From positions 10,653-74,652 of the forward strand of contig CAWIXT010000001.1 of assembly GCA_963840165.1 (NCBI GenBank): DNA of 64,000 bases. The letters are read 5' to 3'. The first letter of the stretch is position 1. Each line of letters starts with the position of its first letter. Shown piece after piece: positions 60,206 through 64,000 of this stretch. The DNA is from an uncultured Gemmatimonadales bacterium (GTDB lineage Bacteria; Gemmatimonadota; Gemmatimonadetes; Gemmatimonadales; GWC2-71-9). A model generated the notes under the pieces. That model was not told where the DNA came from. It saw only the letters and a program-made list of their open reading frames with translations, and did not search any database. A program made the translations under genes and the position numbers.

Positions 60206-60910
60206 CTAATATCCTCGAACCCACGAACAACCGGGTGCACCCCGGCCGCCGGTATCGATCCCGGTGCCCGCACGCACAGCGCCGTCTGCATGCCCGGCCG
60301 CCCGCGCGGCATCGAGCTCCGCGCCGATGTCTGAGACAAAGAGCACGTCGGAAGGGGAGCGCTCCAGCGCGGCCGCGATGCGGGCGTAGCTCTCCGGCTC
60401 CCTCTTCGGCCCGGTGGTGGTGTCGAAATAGGCCCGGATGAAGCGGGTCAGATCGCCGGCGGCCGAGTTGCTGAAGAGCGACCGCTGGGCCTGGACGCTG
60501 CCCGAGGAAAAGATGGCGATGTCGATACCCGCCCGGCGCCAGCGCTCCAGCGCCGGGAGGACGTCGGGATACACCTCACCCTTGAGGTCGCCCGCCCGGT
60601 AGCCCTCCTCCCAGATCTTGCCTTGCAGCGACTTGAGCCCGGTGGACTTCCGGTCCTGATCCATCAACCAGTGGACGTAGTCGACGACAGCTGCGGCGAC
60701 ATCGCGCCACGGACGGAGCTGCGTCGGGAGGATTCGGCCGCATGCTCGGCCTCGAGCCGGGCCACGTCGGCCCGGACCTCGGGATCATTCCAATGCCGCT
60801 CGAGAAAGTCCCCGACTCGGGCCCGGGCATAGCCGAACAGCGTCTTGTGGACGAAGTCGATGGGGGTGGTGGTGCCCTCGATGTCCAGCAGGACGGCGCC
60901 GACCTTGGTC
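60206..60910 (-). CDS. mtnC: Acireductone synthase / enolase-phosphatase E1 (frameshifted)
   Basis: LLDIEGTTTPIDFVHKTLF; MDQDRKSTGLKSLQGKIWEEGY; FSSGSVQAQ; YFDT..GPKRE; LFVSD..ELDAA. Confidence 0.9.
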
Positions 60911-61480
60911 AGCGCGACGCCGTTCCGGAGCGGGATGTACGCGGGACCCATGCAGAGCGGCTGGTAGCCCTTGTCGGCGCCGCTTTCCGTGTAGTGCGGC
61001 GTCCAGCCCGACTTGTCCTGGAACAGCCGGATGGCCCGGATGTCGCGATCGCCGCACAGATCGAACCAGTGCCAGGTGCCGCGGGGGACCCGGATCAGGT
61101 CGCCCGCCTCGACCTCGATCGCGATGACCGGGCCGCCGTCCTTGGGGTGGATGTGAAACAGGCCCCGCCCCCGCACGATGAACCGCACCTCGTCCTCGTC
61201 GTGCCAGTGCTCGGTCCTGAACTTGTCCAGCATGGCCTCGAGGTTGGGCGTCTCGGCCGTCACGTCGATCACGTCGGCGGTGACGTAGCCGCCCTTGGCC
61301 TTGAGCCGCTCGATCTCCTGCGCGTACGCCTCCAGCACTTGCTCCGGCGCGGCGCCCTGCGGCACCCGCTCGCAGTCGGCCCAGCGCTCGTACTCGATGC
61401 CCAGAGTCGCCAGGTAGCGCGTGACCTCGTCCTGATCGGTCAGGGTCGCGCTGCTCGTCGGGAATTCTCACGGTTGCCAT
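60908..61480 (-). CDS. mtnD: Acireductone dioxygenase (frameshifted near the 5' end)
   Basis: GYVTADVI...EHWHDEDEVRFIVRGRGLF...GDLIRVPRGTWHWFD...AIRLFQDKSGW. Confidence 0.92.
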
Positions 61481-62093
61481 GTCATGCCTCTCTTTCTGCC
61501 CAGTCACTTCGAACAGAAACTCCAGCGTCTCCAGGTGCCGCTTCGCCTCGGCGAGATCCCGGCCCCAGGTGTAGAGCCCATGCCGGCGGATCAGGAATCC
61601 GTGCGCGTCCGGGTGCTCGGCCAGCATCGCCTCGACCCGCGGCGCCGCGGCGGCCCAGTCCTGGGTGTTCTCGAGAATGGGCAGCCATTCGCGGTGCTCG
61701 TGCGGTGCGCCACCCCATCCAGACCCTTCAGCATCTCGTACCCCTGGATGGCCAGGCCGTCTCCGCGGCGGCCTCCGAAAGAATTGTGCTCCAAATCGAA
61801 TGGGTATGCAACACCGCCCCGGCTCCGCGCGCCCGCGCTATCGCCAGGTGGAGACTCGCCTCGGCCGAGGGCCGGCCGGAGCCCGCCTACGACCTTGCCG
61901 CGCCCGTCGATCTCGAGGATGTCGCCGGCCGACGAGGGTGCCCTTGTCGACCCCGCTGGACGTGATGGCGAGGCGCAACGGGTCGCGACTCGATCACCGC
62001 GCTGAAGTTACCGCTCGTGCCGAGCGTCCAGCCGCGGGCATAACACTGGCGCGCCAGCTCGGCGATTTGGGGGGCGATCTCGGCAAGGTTCAT
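61481..62093 (-). CDS. mtnB: Methylthioribulose-1-phosphate dehydratase (several frameshifts)
   Basis: [14 protein letters not shown]; [10 protein letters not shown]; [31 protein letters not shown]. Confidence 0.88.
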
Positions 62094-62185
62094 AGGTCAA
62101 CAATATGGATAAGGCGCTAGGGTTGTAAGCGGTATCAAATACGGCAGTCATCCCTCGCTACGCTCGGGATGACTCGCTATGCTAC

Positions 62186-62258
62186 GGTCCGCCCGTCCGC
62201 CCGTCCGCCCGTCCGCCCGTCCGCCCGTCCGCCCGTCCGCCCGTCCGCCCGTCCGCCC
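62186..62258. repeat. 8-bp GTCCGCCC tandem repeat
   Basis: About 9 copies read directly. Confidence 0.9.
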
Positions 62259-62338
62259 CGTCAAGGAAACGTGCCCGAGGGGCGGTAGCGCGACCCAGCG
62301 CAGCCAAGCAAATTCCGGCACTCTCACAGCGAACCTAC

Positions 62339-64000
62339 GTGACGGGATCGTTACCGACTCTCGCATTGGGTGACAGCTACCGGCTCGAGCAGGTGCTGGG
62401 CCGCGGGGGCATGGCCACGGTCTACCTGGCCCGCGACCTCCGTCACGACCGGCCCGTCGCCTTCAAGCTGCTCCGGCGAGATGTCACCATGGCGATCGAC
62501 TCCCGCCGCTTCCGGCGCGAGATCACGACTGCCGCCGCGCTCCAGCATCCCCACATCTGCTCGGTGTACGACTCCGGCGAGACCGATGGCCAGCTGTGGT
62601 ATACCATGCCGTATGTCCGCGGCGAGTCGCTGCGCGAGCGGCTCCGGCGCGAGCGGCAGCTGAGCGTGGCCGACGCGCTTCGCATCACCCTGGACTGCGC
62701 CGAGGCTCTCGCCTACGCGCACCGGGCAGGGGTGGTGCACCGGGACGTGAAGCCGGAGAACATTCTGCTCACCGAGGACGGCAACTCGATGCTGGCCGAC
62801 TTCGGCGTCGCGCTCCAGCTTGGGCCTCACTCGGGCGAGCACCTGACCGAGACGGGGGTCGGCGTGGGCACGCCAATGTACATGGCGCCCGAGCAGGCGT
62901 TGGCCGAGCGAGCCGATCACCGGGCGGACCAGTACGCGCTGGCGGCGGTCTGCTACGAGATGCTGGCCGGCCAGCCGCCCCACACCGGACCCACCATCCA
63001 CGCGGTGATCGTACGGCGGGTGACCTCCCCGGCTCCGCCAGTGCGAACCTACCGCGCGGAGACGCCGCTCTCACTCGACCTTGCCCTGGGACGCGCGCTC
63101 TCGCTGGCGCCGCAGGACCGGTTTCCCTCGATGAAGGAGTTCGCCGGGGCGCTGACCGAGCCGGCGCCGAAGCGACGGAACGTGCCGCGCTGGCCCATTG
63201 CGGCGTTGACCGTCCTGGTGGCGGCCGCGGCGCTCGGAGCCGTGCTCGGCCGAAGCCGGACTTCCCCGGCGGAGACCGCGGCCCTCGCCACGGTAGAACC
63301 ATCTGGCGCGGCGACCCCGCGTCTCGCGGTACTCGCCTTCGAGAACCTGGGCGACAGCGCCGACGCGTACTTCGCGGATGGAATGGCCGACGAGGTGCGG
63401 GCGAAGCTGGCTGGACTTCCAGGCCTGGAAGTCATCGCGGGAGGCAGCTCGAGTCACTACCTCGGCAGCGGCAAGACGCCGGTCCAGATCGCCGCCGAGC
63501 TGGGTGTGCCCTACATCCTGAGTGGCTCGGTGCGCTGGGAGAAGAGTCCCGGAGGGAGCCGTGTGCGGGTGAGCCCGGAATTGATCGACGCGAGCACCGG
63601 CGTGACCCGATGGGCCCGGCCGTTCGACGCCGACTTTACCGAGCTGTTCGCGGTCCAGGCCGACATCGCGGGCCAGGTCGCCGGCGCGCTGCACCTGGCC
63701 CTCACCGATTCCGTGCGGGCCCGGCTCAGCGCAGTGCCTACGCGCAGCCTCGCCGCGTACACCCACTACCTCCGCAGCCGGGAGCTCCACTCCGGCGAGC
63801 ACAGTCCCAACGTGCTTCGCGCCGCCATCGCCGAGCTGCGGCAGGCGGTGCGGCTCGACTCTACCTTCGTGGCCGGCTGGGCCGAGCTGGCGGAACTCCA
63901 GATGGACGCCTTTCGGCTGGGTGGGCTGATGGTGCGTGACGCAGATTCGGCGCGGGTCTCGCTCGGCCGTGCGGTGGCGTTGGCCCCCGACTCGCCCGAT
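62339..64000 (+). CDS. Ser/Thr protein kinase with TM and TolB-like/TPR region, runs off the window end
   Basis: Manual translation from GTG 62339: YRLEQVLGRGGMATVYLARD...VAFK...HRDVKPEN...DFG...GTPMYMAPE...LAVLAFENLG...YFADGMADE. Confidence 0.9.
   Translation, partial: MTGSLPTLALGDSYRLEQVLGRGGMATVYLARDLRHDRPVAFKLLRRDVTMAIDSRRFRREITTAAALQHPHICSVYDSGETDGQLWYTMPYVRGESLRERLRRERQLSVADALRITLDCAEALAYAHRAGVVHRDVKPENILLTEDGNSMLADFGVALQLGPHSGEHLTETGVGVGTPMYMAPEQALAERADHRADQYALAAVCYEMLAGQPPHTGPTIHAVIVRRVTSPAPPVRTYRAETPLSLDLALGRALSLAPQDRFPSMKEFAGALTEPAPKRRNVPRWPIAALTVLVAAAALGAVLGRSRTSPAETAALATVEPSGAATPRLAVLAFENLGDSADAYFADGMADEVRAKLAGLPGLEVIAGGSSSHYLGSGKTPVQIAAELGVPYILSGSVRWEKSPGGSRVRVSPELIDASTGVTRWARPFDADFTELFAVQADIAGQVAGALHLALTDSVRARLSAVPTRSLAAYTHYLRSRELHSGEHSPNVLRAAIAELRQAVRLDSTFVAGWAELAELQMDAFRLGGLMVRDADSARVSLGRAVALAPDSPD

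Noticed and set aside
60664-61627. Apparent in-frame mtnB-mtnD and mtnD-mtnC fusions
   Set aside because: The region is full of indels. Removing one C in GCGCTGACC gives a normal GTGA stop/start overlap, and mtnD has its own GAGAGG RBS.
62596-63939. 447-aa plus-strand ORF
   Set aside because: Wrong frame; the kinase frame from 62339 is the real gene and is missing from the track because it has no stop in the window.

Overview
GC-rich bacterial DNA, most likely Gemmatimonadota. This is inferred from the kinase/ECF pair, the many lipoproteins and the CTACCGCC intergenic repeats. Many single-base frameshifts in otherwise intact genes suggest an error-prone long-read or metagenome assembly. (1) 1-12.2 kb is a lower-GC defence island: a C5-MTase/RHH controller/REase/Vsr restriction-modification unit, a PolB-like remnant, an EcoRI-family MTase plus DUF262-HNH, HNH, NucS-like, HEPN, PD-(D/E)xK and AbiTii genes, and one clear integron attC site. 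(2) 12-15.7 kb holds three spaced 27-bp repeats, a 26 x 21-bp phased array, and a 1.2-kb insert bounded by a duplicated gene 3' end. (3) 16-21 kb holds a large secreted M6-like metalloprotease and small genes. (4) 21-34 kb is the best candidate for an undescribed system: a sigma54-driven operon with a receiver-less activator, a wHTH, a signal-less S8 protease, several uncharacterised structural-looking proteins and a multi-domain cell-wall/cysteine-protease effector. A recurring short linker motif precedes the catalytic domains. (5) 34-64 kb holds vapBC, DUF2779, Uma2, a PafBC-like WYL pair, a GIY-YIG gene among REP-like hairpins, an ECF/kinase pair, LemA/DUF2207, two paralogous LuxR/surface-protein modules with different propellers, an RCC1 lipoprotein, a UGA(Sec)-containing peroxiredoxin with a SECIS-like hairpin, PP2C, mtnBDC and a Ser/Thr kinase. 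No rRNA, tRNA or canonical CRISPR array was seen. All family calls come from motif recognition by eye, not from database searches.
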